Below, one piece after another: positions 30,943-41,681 of a stretch of 64,000 bases of DNA. The notes beneath the pieces were generated by a model. It saw only the letters and a list, made by a program, of their open reading frames with translations. It was not told where the DNA came from and ran no database searches. The position numbers were made by a program, and so were the translations under genes. Every line of letters begins with the position of its first letter. The first letter of the stretch is position 1. Location of the stretch: assembly GCA_963702845.1 (NCBI GenBank), contig OY969763.1, positions 3,008,001 to 3,072,000 of the forward strand, written 5' to 3'. This DNA comes from an uncultured Verrucomicrobiae bacterium (GTDB taxonomy: Bacteria; Verrucomicrobiota; Verrucomicrobiia; Limisphaerales; Palsa-1400).

Positions 30943-31554
30943 CTACGGCGAGGATGACAGTTCGAGTTCGCGCAGCTTTGGGCCAAACAGATGGCCAACC
31001 TCGTTGCCCGCAAGGACGAGAACATATCCGAAAGCGGCCACGGCGAGTCCGAGGACAATCGCGGCCCAAAGATGTTTCACTTCGAAACGGCGCAGGGAAG
31101 GCGCAAACGCAATCAGACCAAGCACTGCGCCAACCACAATCACCGCGTCGACGCTGGCGCGTTGCCAATAGCTTCCGCCCAGGTGCAACCACATTCCGAA
31201 TTCATCAAAAGTCAGCGCCATCGAAATGCCATACGCAATTGCGACGCGTTCCGCAGCCATCCCTTGCGGTCGTCGGAACAACAAGTATCCGCCAACGACC
31301 GACAGCAGAAAAATCCCGTAGTTCAGATGATGAACATGCGTGCCGCGCAGGAACAGAAACAGATTCGGAATTTCCCCCGCCATAATCAGCACCACAACAA
31401 TGCGCGACACGAGAAACGTCAGAACGAAACTCAATAGTGCAACACGCGCCACGCGCTCGGACGCCCCGTAGACGGGTGGGTTGCGTTTGGTTGCTGGTTC
31501 TGAGTTCAAATTCGTTAGCGCGAGGTGATTCGTCGCCCCGTCGCGCTTAATCAC
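30943..31554 (-). CDS. Uncharacterised integral membrane protein
   Basis: About 5 TM helices; HVHHLNYG and LTFDEF motifs; overlaps the dnaJ-class stop (ATGA). Confidence 0.8.
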   Translation of the reverse strand: MIKRDGATNHLALTNLNSEPATKRNPPVYGASERVARVALLSFVLTFLVSRIVVVLIMAGEIPNLFLFLRGTHVHHLNYGIFLLSVVGGYLLFRRPQGMAAERVAIAYGISMALTFDEFGMWLHLGGSYWQRASVDAVIVVGAVLGLIAFAPSLRRFEVKHLWAAIVLGLAVAAFGYVLVLAGNEVGHLFGPKLRELELSSSP

Positions 31555-32600
31555 GCGCGCGGATTAAAAGTCGATCCGCGCGCAAGGTCTGCCCAAAGCT
31601 CCTTTTCTTTGGCGCTGAGTTCTTTCGGCATTTGCACGCGCGCGATCACATAAAGATCGCCGGCATCGCCTTCGCGCGCAGGCAAGCCACGACCGCGCAC
31701 ACGTAAGCGTTGGCCGTTTTGGGTTCCGGGCGGGATTTTGATATTCACCGAGCCGTGTAGTGTTGGCACCGTCACATTCGTTCCCAGCGCCGCTTCCCAC
31801 GGAGCAAGGTCAACGTCATGGAAAAGATCTCCACCTTCGACGCGAAAATCGGGATGACTCGCCAGACGCACGCGCAAATATAAATCGCCGGACGGCGCGC
31901 CGCCTGTTCCCGGTTCGCCCTGCCCCGCCACGCGCAAACGTTGTCCATCGCGAACGCCCGCGGGAATTTTGACCTTGTGCGTTTCAGTCACCTGGACTTG
32001 CCCTTGTCCGCCGCACTTTGGACAAGCACGTCTTCCGACGACACCACTGCCGTTGCAGTCCGGACAACGCGTCGTCCGACGCAATGTAATCGAACGAATG
32101 GCGCCGCGCGTTGCTTCCTCGAGGGTTACCATCAGGTCTGCTTCAACGTCGTTGCCTTGTTCGCCTTGCTGTGCAGCGCCGCCACGACGGTCAAATCCAC
32201 CAGCGCCAGCGCCGCCTCGACCGCCGAAAAACTGTTCGAAAAAATCGCTAAATCCGGTGCCGCCAAATTCAAAATCCTCACCACCCGCTCCCGGCGCACC
32301 CGAATGCCAGGTGTAAGTTTTATAAGCTTGCCCGCCCGCGCCTCCTCCCGGAGGTGGACGGAATCCGCCGTTCTTCCAATCAGCGCCGAGCGTATCGTAT
32401 TTCTTACGTTTGTCGGCATCGCCGAGCACCTCGTAGGCTTCGTTGATCTCCTTAAACTTTTCTTCGGCGTTCTTTTTGTCCTTGGCGACGTCGGGGTGAT
32501 ACTCGCGCGCCAATTTGCGAAACGCTTTGCGGATGTCATCCGAGCTAGCGGTGCGTGGGACACCGAGACTCTTGTAATAATCTTTGAACTCAACAGCCAT
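31551..32600 (-). CDS. DnaJ-class chaperone (CbpA-like) with only two CXXCXGXG motifs
   Basis: J domain with HPD, G/F-rich region, FSDFFE, and C-terminal domain. Confidence 0.93.
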   Translation of the reverse strand: MAVEFKDYYKSLGVPRTASSDDIRKAFRKLAREYHPDVAKDKKNAEEKFKEINEAYEVLGDADKRKKYDTLGADWKNGGFRPPPGGGAGGQAYKTYTWHSGAPGAGGEDFEFGGTGFSDFFEQFFGGRGGAGAGGFDRRGGAAQQGEQGNDVEADLMVTLEEATRGAIRSITLRRTTRCPDCNGSGVVGRRACPKCGGQGQVQVTETHKVKIPAGVRDGQRLRVAGQGEPGTGGAPSGDLYLRVRLASHPDFRVEGGDLFHDVDLAPWEAALGTNVTVPTLHGSVNIKIPPGTQNGQRLRVRGRGLPAREGDAGDLYVIARVQMPKELSAKEKELWADLARGSTFNPRA

Positions 32601-32837
32601 AGCAATGTTCTCGAGCTACTCGCTTAACATCTTGCGCAACGCTGCGCGACTACAAAGTTTTGCACCGAAACCTACAGTATTACTGCCAAAGCGGAAATCA
32701 GCGACGTGTGAGGCAATGTCCCATCCAAGTCATGAGTGGACACCGCACACATCTGGCTGTATAGGAAAGAACTGATGGCGCTGACGGTGCTTTCAGAAAT
32801 TTTGAGTATATAGCAAGATACCGCGTCTAAACAACTT

Positions 32838-34166
32838 ATGGCGAATTTTGATGATGCCCGCAAACCTGCGGGAACCCCCGGAACAGCCCCCGTTCCGTCC
32901 GGAAAGCGACGCTTTCCCATCCTGACTATCATCATTGTCCTAGCCCTCATCGTCGTGGGTGTAATCGTCTGGCGACAAGTGACCCAGTCCAATTCTTCCA
33001 AGCCGCAAGGCGGAATGCGTGGCGGCTTCACGGGGCCCGTGCCGGTCATCGTTGGCGTCGCGCAACAAAAGAATGTGCCAGTGTACCTTGATGGCATCGG
33101 AACCGTTCAGGCATTCAATACGGTGACGCTCCGTAGCCGTGTCGATGGGCAACTTCAGAAGCTAGGATTCGAAGAAGGCCAAGACATCCGCACGGGGAAT
33201 CTCGTCGCTCAAATCGACCCTGATCCCTTCAGGACACTGCTCGAGCAAGCCCAAGCCAAAAAATCCCAGGATGAGGCGCAGCTCCATCTCGCCGAAGTCG
33301 AGTTGCAGCGCAACCTGGTTCTCTTTACCAATAAAATCGTCTCTCAGGACGTCGTCGACACGAACCGCGCGAGCATTACGCAAACTACCGCCTTGATAAA
33401 GTCAGATTCAGCCGCGATCGATAGCGCGCAGGTCCAACTCAATTACACCACCATCAAATCTCCCATCGACGGTCGAACAGGAATTCGGCAGGTGGACGTG
33501 GGAAACATCATTCATGCAAACGACACCAATGGCATCGTCGTCGTCACACAACTCAAGCCGATCGCGATCAACTTCACTTTGCCGGAACAAAACCTGGGCG
33601 ACATCCAGGCGCAGTTCGCACACGGGCAACTGAAGGTCCTCGCCGTCGATCGTGATAACAAAACAACTTTGGACGAAGGGCTACTTACAGTAATCGATAA
33701 TCAAATTGATCCAACCACCGGAACCATTCGCATGAAAGCGACTTTTCCGAACCCCAACCTTCATCTCTGGCCCGGCCAATTTGCCAACACCCACCTGCTG
33801 CTAACCACTCGCACCAACGCTATCGTCGTGCCTGCGTCAGTCGTGCAACGCGGGCCGGAAGGGTCTTACGCATTCGTTGTTCAGGATGATATGACCGTGG
33901 AGATGCGACCTGTAAAAGTCGCATTTATCGAAAAACTGGACGCCGTTATCGACAGCGGTTTGCAACCGGGCGAAAAAGTTGTTGTCGATGGACAATACAA
34001 GTTGCAGCCGGGATCCCAAATCAAGGTTGCCGAGCCAACCGGAACGAACGCCCCCGCCATAAATGCAAATTCGCAGAACTCAACAAATCGCGCCGGCGGC
34101 AAAAAACAAGGCCAGGGCGGCGATTGGAAAAAACGGCAACAGCAATCAGCGCCGCAGCAGCAATAG
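32838..34166 (+). CDS. mdtA: RND efflux periplasmic adaptor, MdtA-like
   Basis: VPVYLDGIGTV, SPIDGRTGIRQVDVGN, IDNQIDPTTGT and LWPGQF. Confidence 0.9.
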   Translation: MANFDDARKPAGTPGTAPVPSGKRRFPILTIIIVLALIVVGVIVWRQVTQSNSSKPQGGMRGGFTGPVPVIVGVAQQKNVPVYLDGIGTVQAFNTVTLRSRVDGQLQKLGFEEGQDIRTGNLVAQIDPDPFRTLLEQAQAKKSQDEAQLHLAEVELQRNLVLFTNKIVSQDVVDTNRASITQTTALIKSDSAAIDSAQVQLNYTTIKSPIDGRTGIRQVDVGNIIHANDTNGIVVVTQLKPIAINFTLPEQNLGDIQAQFAHGQLKVLAVDRDNKTTLDEGLLTVIDNQIDPTTGTIRMKATFPNPNLHLWPGQFANTHLLLTTRTNAIVVPASVVQRGPEGSYAFVVQDDMTVEMRPVKVAFIEKLDAVIDSGLQPGEKVVVDGQYKLQPGSQIKVAEPTGTNAPAINANSQNSTNRAGGKKQGQGGDWKKRQQQSAPQQQ

Positions 34167-34193
34167 GATGCAACATCGACTACTCCGACGTTC

Positions 34194-37100
34194 ATGAGCA
34201 TTTCTGAGCCATTCATCCGGCGGCCGGTCGCAACCTCGCTTTTGATGGCTGGCGTGCTATTGATGGGGTTGCTCGGATATTTTCTTCTGCCCATCTCCTC
34301 GCTGCCGACCGTCGATTTTCCCACGATTCAAGTCACGGCAGAATTCCCCGGTGCCAGTCCGGATGTGATGGTTTCATCAGTCACCACTCCTCTGGAGCGG
34401 CAATTCGGCGAAATCAGCGGATTGACGATGATGACCTCGGTCAGCTCTTTCGGGAATACCGCCATCACATTGCAGTTCGCACTGGACCGGGACATCGACG
34501 CTGCCGGCCAGGATGTACAAGCGGCGATGAATGCAGCCAACGGCTTTTTGCCAAAAATGCCGAACCCGCCGACTTACAGTAAAGTCAATCCCGCCGATGT
34601 CCCGATTATTACCCTGGAAGTTTCATCCGATTCGTTGCCACTCGAAAAAGTGAACGACCTTGCCGACACAGTGCTCGCGCAAAAGCTGAGCGAAGTAAGT
34701 GGCGTGGGTCTCGTTACGATCGAGGGAAATCAAAAGCCAGCCGTCCGCGTGCGCGTCAATCCAGCCGCCATTGCCGCACGCAACATCAGCCTTGAAGATA
34801 TCCGCACTGCGTTAAACCAAAACAACGTCAACGCGCCGAAAGGAAGTTTTGACGGTCCACGCCAGTCGTACGCCATCGGTGCCAACGACCAGATTTTCTC
34901 GGCAGGCCAATACGCGGACATGATCATTGCGTATAAAAACGGAAATCCCGTTCGATTGAAAGACATCGGGCAAGTGATCGATGATGTTGAAAACGTTCGC
35001 CTGGCCGCATGGGTGGACACGCCCGGTGATGCCATCGTCCACACTTCAGCGCCGAAGCGAAAGAAAACGGGAGCCAATAATTCGACGCTGCAAAAACCCG
35101 CGGTCATTCTCGACATTCAACGACAGCCGGGCGCCAACATCATTCAAACGGCCGATCGTGTAAAAGCGTTGCTGCCGAAAATGCAGTCTAACCTGCCCTC
35201 CTCGGTTCACGTCGCGATTCTCTCGGACCGAACGGAAACGATTCGCGCATCGGTCCACGATGTGCAGTTCACGATGCTTCTCACGATGGCGCTCGTCGTC
35301 ATGGCGATTTTCATGTTCCTCCGAAAATTGTGGGCAACCGTCATTCCATCCGTTGCCCTGCCCATCACCATTGCCGCAACCTTCGGCATCATGGAACTGG
35401 TCGGCTTCAGCTTGGACAACTTATCGCTGATGGCGCTAACGATCGCGACGGGATTCGTCGTGGACGATGCCATCGTCATGATCGAAAACATCGTCCGCTA
35501 TATCGAAATGGGCGAGACGCCGCTCAAGCAGCGCTCAAAGGCGCCAGCCAGATCGGGTTCACCATTATTTCACTCACCGTTTCGCTGATTGCCGTGTTTA
35601 TTCCCCTGCTCTTCATGAGCGGAATTGTCGGACGATTGTTCCGCGAATTTGCGCTCACGCTGACTTTCTCCGTTGCGGTGTCCGCTCTTGTGTCACTCAC
35701 CTTGACGCCCATGATGTGTGCGCGGTTGCTCAAACCAGAATCACAAGAAAAACATGGGCGCTTCTACCACCTTTCAGAAAAATATTTCAACGACCTGCTG
35801 AACGCCTATGATCGCAGCTTGAAATGGGTGTTGCATCATCACGTTTTCACGATGATTGTTGCGGCCATCACTCTCGTCGCAACGATTTGGCTCTACATTC
35901 TGATTCCGAAAGGCCTGTTGCCCCAACAGGATACCGGCATGGTCCTCGGATTCACCGATGCCGCACAGTCGATCTCGTTCAAGAACATGGCATCCAAGCA
36001 ACGCGTGCTTTCAGAAATCGTCGCGCGCGATCCGGATATGGACCGCGTCGCGTCGTTCGTCGGCGCGGGGTCGGTAAATCCAACCATGAACAGCGGCCGG
36101 CTTTATATAATGTTGAAGCCTCGCGATGCCCGCAAATCCAACGCCTCGCAAATTATCGATCGCTTGCGCGAGTCCACGCGCAACGTCGAAGGCATTTCGC
36201 TTTTCATGCAGGCCGCGCAAGACGTGCAGATCGAGAGCCGCGTCAGCCGCACGCAATATCAATACACGTTACAAGACGCCGATGAGGATGGAACTGGCCG
36301 ATTGGGCAAACAAAATCCAGCAAAAGTTAGCGGCAATTGCCAGATCTCGCCGACGTCGCGACCGACCAGCAACCCGGTGGCTCTCAGGTTGCCATGGATA
36401 TCGACCGCGAGTCTGCCGCCGGATGAACATCGCGCCTCAAGCGATCGACGACACGCTCTACGATGCATTCGGCCAGCGCCAGGTCTCGACGATTTACACG
36501 CAACTCAATCAATATCGTGTCATTCTCGAAGCCGAACAGCGCTATCCAATCATCACCCGAAAACCTGGATAAAATTTATGTGAAATCAGCGACTGGCCAG
36601 ATGGTGCCGTTAAGCGCTTTTGCAAAAATCACAACCGGTTTGCAGCCGCTGATTATATCGCATCAAGGCCAGTTCCCGGCCGTGACCCTTTCGTTCAATC
36701 TGACGCCGCGGCAGCTCACTGGGGGCCGCGGTCAAAGCGATCGAAGCGGCCGAACAAGACATCCACGTCCTGAAACGGTGACTCGCACATTTACCGGCAG
36801 CGCGGCTGAGTTCCGCAGTTCTCTTAAGAGCGAACCGTACCTCTTGCTCGCGGCGATCATTGCGATCTACATCGTCCTCGGCGTTCTCTACGAAAGCTAC
36901 ATCCATCCGCTGACAATTCTGTCCACATTGCCGTCTGCCGGTGTCGGCGCGTTGTTGGCACTGATGTTATTCGGTTACGATCTTTCGCTCATTGCCCTCA
37001 TTGGAATTATTCTCCTCATCGGCATCGTTAAAAAGAACGCGATCATGATGATCGACTTCGCGCTCGACGCTGAACGCAACCAAAATCTGCCGCCGGAACA

Positions 37101-37384
37101 GTCGATTTATCAGGCCTGTCTGTTGCGGTTCCGGCCAATCATGATGACGACATTTGCGGCATTGTTTGGCGCATTGCCATTGGCTTTGCAAAGCGGAACT
37201 GGCTCCGAACTGCGCAAACCCATGGGTATTTCGATCGTCGGCGGCTTACTGCTCTCACAGTTCCTGACTTTGTATACGACGCCCGTCATTTATTTATACC
37301 TCGATCGTTTCGCTGCACGGGTGCGACGATGGCGTGGTAGTAGCACATCTGCCGGACGCAACTGTGCCTCAAACCATTCCGTGA
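34194..37384 (+). CDS. mdtB: RND efflux permease MdtB-like (several frameshifts)
   Basis: [37 protein letters not shown] and RFRPIMMTT spread over frames; probable stop TGA at 37382-37384. Confidence 0.85.
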
Positions 37385-40300
37385 ACATTTCTGGCCCATT
37401 CATCCGCCGACCAGCCGGCACTTCGCTGTTGGCTATCGGATTATTTTTGGTTGGAATCGCAGCATATCGCGCGATGCCCGTCGCGCCGGTGCCTCGCGTC
37501 GATTTCCCGATGATCAGCGTCAGCGCGTCGTTACCCGGCGCAGATCCCGAAACAGTTGCCTCGTCCCTTGCCGCTCCGCTTGAGCGTCGACTCGGCCAAA
37601 TCGCGGGCGTCAATGAAATGACGTCCATCAGCACGCTCGGCGGCACATCGATTACCCTGCAATTTGATTTAAACCGAACCGTCGATCGCGCCGCCCGCGA
37701 TGTCCAGGCTGCCATCAATGCCTCCTCGGCGGACTTGCCCATCAATCTTCCGAGCCTGCCAACCTATCGCAAAATCAATCCAGCAGATGCGCCGATCATG
37801 ATCATGGCGATGACATCGGACACACTCATCCCAACCACCGTTTATGAGAACGCCGATGAAATTGTCGCACAGCGCTTAAGCCAGGTCGAAGGCGTCAGCC
37901 AGGTCATTGTCAGCGGTGCGGAAAAATCGGCTGTCCGCGTCCAAATCAATCCAACCGCGCTCTCTTCAACTGGCCTGAGCCTCGAAGAAATCCGCAGCCT
38001 TTTGGGACTAGTAAATGTTGATTCACCCAAAGGCAGCCTGGAGGGCTCGCGCGATGCTTATACCATTACCGCCAACGACCAACTCTTCGACCCGGCCAAG
38101 TATCAATCCCTGGTCATCACCCAAAAACACAATGTCCCGATCCGTCTGAGCTCACTTGGCAACGTCATCGAAAGCGTTGAGAACACCCGTCAGGCGGGTT
38201 GGGCGAATACCAAGCCCGCCGTTCTATTAATTATATTCAAGCAACCCGACGCCAACGTTATCGAAACAGTTGACCGCATCAAAGCGATCCTCCCTCAAAT
38301 CGGAAAATGGATCCCGCCATCCATCAAACTTTTTTCCATCAGCGACCGGACGACCACTATTCGCGCCTCCGTGCAGGATGTGCAGTTTTCTCTCCTCATC
38401 AGCATCGCGCTCGTCGTCATGGTCATTTTTCTCTTCCTTCGCCGTTTCTGGCCGACGTTTATCGCCAGCGTCACCGTGCCACTCGCCCTCACCGGCACCT
38501 TCGTCGCGATGTATTTGTTCGGCTACAGCATTGATAATCTGTCGCTAATGGCCATCACAATCTCGGTCGGCTTCGTCGTCGACGATGCCATCGTCGTGAT
38601 CGAAAATGTTTATCGTTTTATCGAACAGGGCGAAACCACCATGAATGCCGCGCTAAAGGGTGCGCGGCAAATCGGATTCACCGTCGTATCGATGAGCCTC
38701 TCCCTTATAGCTGTATTTATACCGCTGCTCTTCATGGGCGGGATCATCGGACGCCTCTTCCACGAATTCGCAGTCACCCTCAGCATGGCAATCCTGGTGT
38801 CCGGCGTGATCTCCCTTTCGCTGACGCCGATGTTGTGCTCGCGCTTTCTCCGCGCCGAATCGAGCTATGCCAAAGAAGGCAGGGTCTATCGCGCATTGGA
38901 AAGTTGTTTCGATTGGTTGCTGGCCAAATATGAATTCGGGTTGAAATGGGTCTTGCGCCATCAGATTTTCATGCTCGCGGTGTTCTTCATCACTGCCGGG
39001 CTGACAGCTTTCCTCTACATCATATGTCCGAAGGGCACATTCCCACAACAGGACACGGGTGTTATCATGGGAACAACGGAAGCTTCACAGGACATTTCTT
39101 TTGCTGCGATGTCGGTACTCCAGCAACGCGTCGCCAATGTTGTTCTCGAGGATCCAGCCGTCGATACCATCGCCTCCTTTATTGGCGCAGGCGGCGGTGG
39201 CGCATCCACCGTGAATAACGGGCGCATGTTCATCACGCTAAAACCGATCGAGGAGCGTGGATATGCGAGCAATATCCCACCGGAGGGCCGCAACGAAAAA
39301 TCAAGATCAGGGAAATCCGCCCAATCACCACAGTCACAGCCGCCGCAGCAAGCACAGAATTGGGTTGCGAAAATAACGACAAAGCTATTCAGCGGCGGAA
39401 AACATCACGCCACCGCCGAGGATGTTATCAATCGCTTGCGGCGAAAACTCAATGGCGTCGTAGGAATAAATCTATTCCTCGTTGCCTCGCAGGACATTCG
39501 CGTCGGCGGTCGAACTTCCCGATCACAATTCCAATACACGCTCCAGTCATCGGACCTGCAGGAACTCAGCAAATGGTCCACTGCGCTGATGAATAAGCTA
39601 AAGGAATATCCCGAACTCAAAGACGTCAACAGCGACCAACAAACCCGCGGCCTGCAGGCCAACGTGGTCATCGACCGTGACGCGGCGGCACGTCTTGGCG
39701 TGTCGCCTACTGACATCGACAACACCCTTTATGATGCGTTCGGACAAAGGCAAGTCTCGACATTGTATAAGCGTTACAACCAGCACCACGTCATCCTCGA
39801 GGTCCAACCCAATTACCTGTTATCACCCGCCTCTCTGGGTCAGATTTACGTGAAATCAACCGCTGGCAAACAAGTCCCGCTCAGTGCCGTGGCAAAATTT
39901 GAAGACAGCAACACCAGCCTCTCTGTCAGCCACCAGGGACAATCGCCGGCTATTACGCTTTCCTTCAATCTCGCGACTGGTGTTGCGCAAGAGGTCGGCG
40001 TGCAACTGATCGAACGCGCCAAACAAGAAATTGGAATGCCTGCCACCGTCACCAGCCACCCTGCGGGCGTGCTACAAATTCTCCAGGCGTCCACGTCCAC
40101 GTTGCCGCTGCTTCTTCTGGCCGCGCTCATCGCAGTTTACGTTGTGCTCGGTATGCTCTACGAAAGCCTCATTCATCCCATCACCATTTTAACAACGCTG
40201 CCCTCGGCTGGTTTGGGGGCTGTGCTGGCATTAAGGTTACTGGATTACGACCTGTCGATCGTAGCCTTCATTGGCATCATCCTGCTCATGGGTATCGTGA

Positions 40301-40641
40301 AGAAAAACGCGATCATGATGATCGACTTTGCCCTGGAGGTCGAACGTGGCGAAAACCTCACACCGGAGGAAGCAATTTATAAAGCCTGTATCATCCGTTT
40401 CCGCCCAATTATGATGACTACACTCGCCGCGATGCTCGGTGCGCTCCCCCTCGCGATTGGCTTTGGAGTCGGCTCCGAACTCCGACGGCCTCTTGGTATC
40501 GCCGTTGTTGGCGGGTTGATGGTTTCCCAAGTCCTAACGCTCTACACCACTCCCGTGATGTATCTGCTCTTCGAACATATGCGCGCGTGGTTTCGCGGGT
40601 GGCGCGGTATTCCGAATTCGAGACCGGTATTGGCTTCTTAA
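37381..40641 (+). CDS. mdtC: RND efflux permease MdtC-like
   Basis: GTG start [10 protein letters not shown]; second full RND sequence with VVDDAIVVIEN and RFRPIMMTT. Confidence 0.88.
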   Translation: MNISGPFIRRPAGTSLLAIGLFLVGIAAYRAMPVAPVPRVDFPMISVSASLPGADPETVASSLAAPLERRLGQIAGVNEMTSISTLGGTSITLQFDLNRTVDRAARDVQAAINASSADLPINLPSLPTYRKINPADAPIMIMAMTSDTLIPTTVYENADEIVAQRLSQVEGVSQVIVSGAEKSAVRVQINPTALSSTGLSLEEIRSLLGLVNVDSPKGSLEGSRDAYTITANDQLFDPAKYQSLVITQKHNVPIRLSSLGNVIESVENTRQAGWANTKPAVLLIIFKQPDANVIETVDRIKAILPQIGKWIPPSIKLFSISDRTTTIRASVQDVQFSLLISIALVVMVIFLFLRRFWPTFIASVTVPLALTGTFVAMYLFGYSIDNLSLMAITISVGFVVDDAIVVIENVYRFIEQGETTMNAALKGARQIGFTVVSMSLSLIAVFIPLLFMGGIIGRLFHEFAVTLSMAILVSGVISLSLTPMLCSRFLRAESSYAKEGRVYRALESCFDWLLAKYEFGLKWVLRHQIFMLAVFFITAGLTAFLYIICPKGTFPQQDTGVIMGTTEASQDISFAAMSVLQQRVANVVLEDPAVDTIASFIGAGGGGASTVNNGRMFITLKPIEERGYASNIPPEGRNEKSRSGKSAQSPQSQPPQQAQNWVAKITTKLFSGGKHHATAEDVINRLRRKLNGVVGINLFLVASQDIRVGGRTSRSQFQYTLQSSDLQELSKWSTALMNKLKEYPELKDVNSDQQTRGLQANVVIDRDAAARLGVSPTDIDNTLYDAFGQRQVSTLYKRYNQHHVILEVQPNYLLSPASLGQIYVKSTAGKQVPLSAVAKFEDSNTSLSVSHQGQSPAITLSFNLATGVAQEVGVQLIERAKQEIGMPATVTSHPAGVLQILQASTSTLPLLLLAALIAVYVVLGMLYESLIHPITILTTLPSAGLGAVLALRLLDYDLSIVAFIGIILLMGIVKKNAIMMIDFALEVERGENLTPEEAIYKACIIRFRPIMMTTLAAMLGALPLAIGFGVGSELRRPLGIAVVGGLMVSQVLTLYTTPVMYLLFEHMRAWFRGWRGIPNSRPVLAS

Positions 40642-40675
40642 AACAAACGAGGACGCACCGTTAAGTGCGTCCTCG
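40641..40675 (-). terminator. Terminator between convergent mdtC and efp
   Basis: CGAGGACGCAC...GTGCGTCCTCG stem with an A-rich left flank. Confidence 0.75.
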
Positions 40676-40697
40676 AATCAAAAAAACTGAACGGCGC

Positions 40698-41255
40698 TTA
40701 GGCGCGTTCCATGTACTTGCCCGTGCGTGTATCGATCTTCAAACGTTCGCCGGTTTTGATAAAGAGCGGAACCTGAACGGTAATGCCCGTTTCCATCGTC
40801 GCCGGCTTCTGCACGTTGTTGGCTGAATCGCCGCGGATGCCTTCAGGTGCATCAGACACCGTCAATATCACGCTGGAGGGTAATTCAATCAAAACAGGCT
40901 TGTCGTCGACGATCGTCATCTGAACGCTGCCGTTTTCAACGAGGTAATTCATCGAGTCGCCAACGATTTCGGAGGTGAGGGTCACCGTTTCGTACGTCTC
41001 CGGATCAGAAAAAACAAAGTCCTCGCCATCTTTGTAGCTGTACTCCATGCGCTTGGTCATCATCGGGATGACTTCCATTTTTTCGGTGGAGCTAAAACGC
41101 ACGTCGGACGCTTTACCAGTGCGAATACTGCGGAGGGTGGCCTGGACAAACGCACGCAAGTTACCCGGGGTGCGGTGCTGCGTTTCCAACACAACGGAGA
41201 TGTCGCCGTTGTAATTGATTGCCATGCCTTTACGTAAATCGTTTGCTGATGCCAT
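40698..41255 (-). CDS. efp: Translation elongation factor P
   Basis: NDLRKG, TPGNLRAFV, KPATMETG and VPLFIKTGERLKIDTRTGKYMERA. Confidence 0.97.
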   Translation of the reverse strand: MASANDLRKGMAINYNGDISVVLETQHRTPGNLRAFVQATLRSIRTGKASDVRFSSTEKMEVIPMMTKRMEYSYKDGEDFVFSDPETYETVTLTSEIVGDSMNYLVENGSVQMTIVDDKPVLIELPSSVILTVSDAPEGIRGDSANNVQKPATMETGITVQVPLFIKTGERLKIDTRTGKYMERA

Positions 41256-41368
41256 AGTATTTTCTTGTATCGACTGCTCGGTTTCCGGAGCGGCCGAAGC
41301 GGGGGAAAATACACGAGGTTACCTGAATTGCAAAGGGCAAATTTTGAGGAACCGAGGCGACACTACAA

Positions 41369-41638
41369 CTAATGGTGACCACCCCCGCAATCACAACTGC
41401 CTGAATCGACGCTACCGGTGTCGTGCGAGTGACCACTATCAAACGATCCATGATCCGACGAGTGATGATGGTGTTGGTGGTCGGTTGAATCCGACGACAT
41501 ATCGGACTCAATGGGAAAGAAATCGCCGCCTGCATCAGATGTAGATCGTTTCCGGTCGCGACCGGCAGAGGAGCGAGTAGCCAATCCAATGGCGACTGCG
41601 ATCGCCCCGAATACAAAGATGGCAAACACAAATTCCAT
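41369..41638 (-). CDS. Small membrane-anchored His/Asp/Ser-rich protein
   Basis: One TM helix, then HQHHHH and a CDCGGGHH C-terminus. Confidence 0.65.
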   Translation of the reverse strand: MEFVFAIFVFGAIAVAIGLATRSSAGRDRKRSTSDAGGDFFPIESDMSSDSTDHQHHHHSSDHGSFDSGHSHDTGSVDSGSCDCGGGHH

Positions 41639-41681
41639 AATGCTTTTTTCTCGTTCTAAACCGATCGACTCGACCGAGTAG

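Noticed and set aside
32712..32785. Fluoride riboswitch-like GGCAATG...CTGATG
   Set aside because: No pseudoknot complementarity and the spacing is wrong.
36463..40641. 1392 aa ORF suggesting an MdtB-MdtC fusion
   Set aside because: An alternative frame ends MdtB as [14 protein letters not shown] with TGA overlapping the mdtC GTG (GTGA), the usual coupling. One more indel near 37340 explains the read-through.
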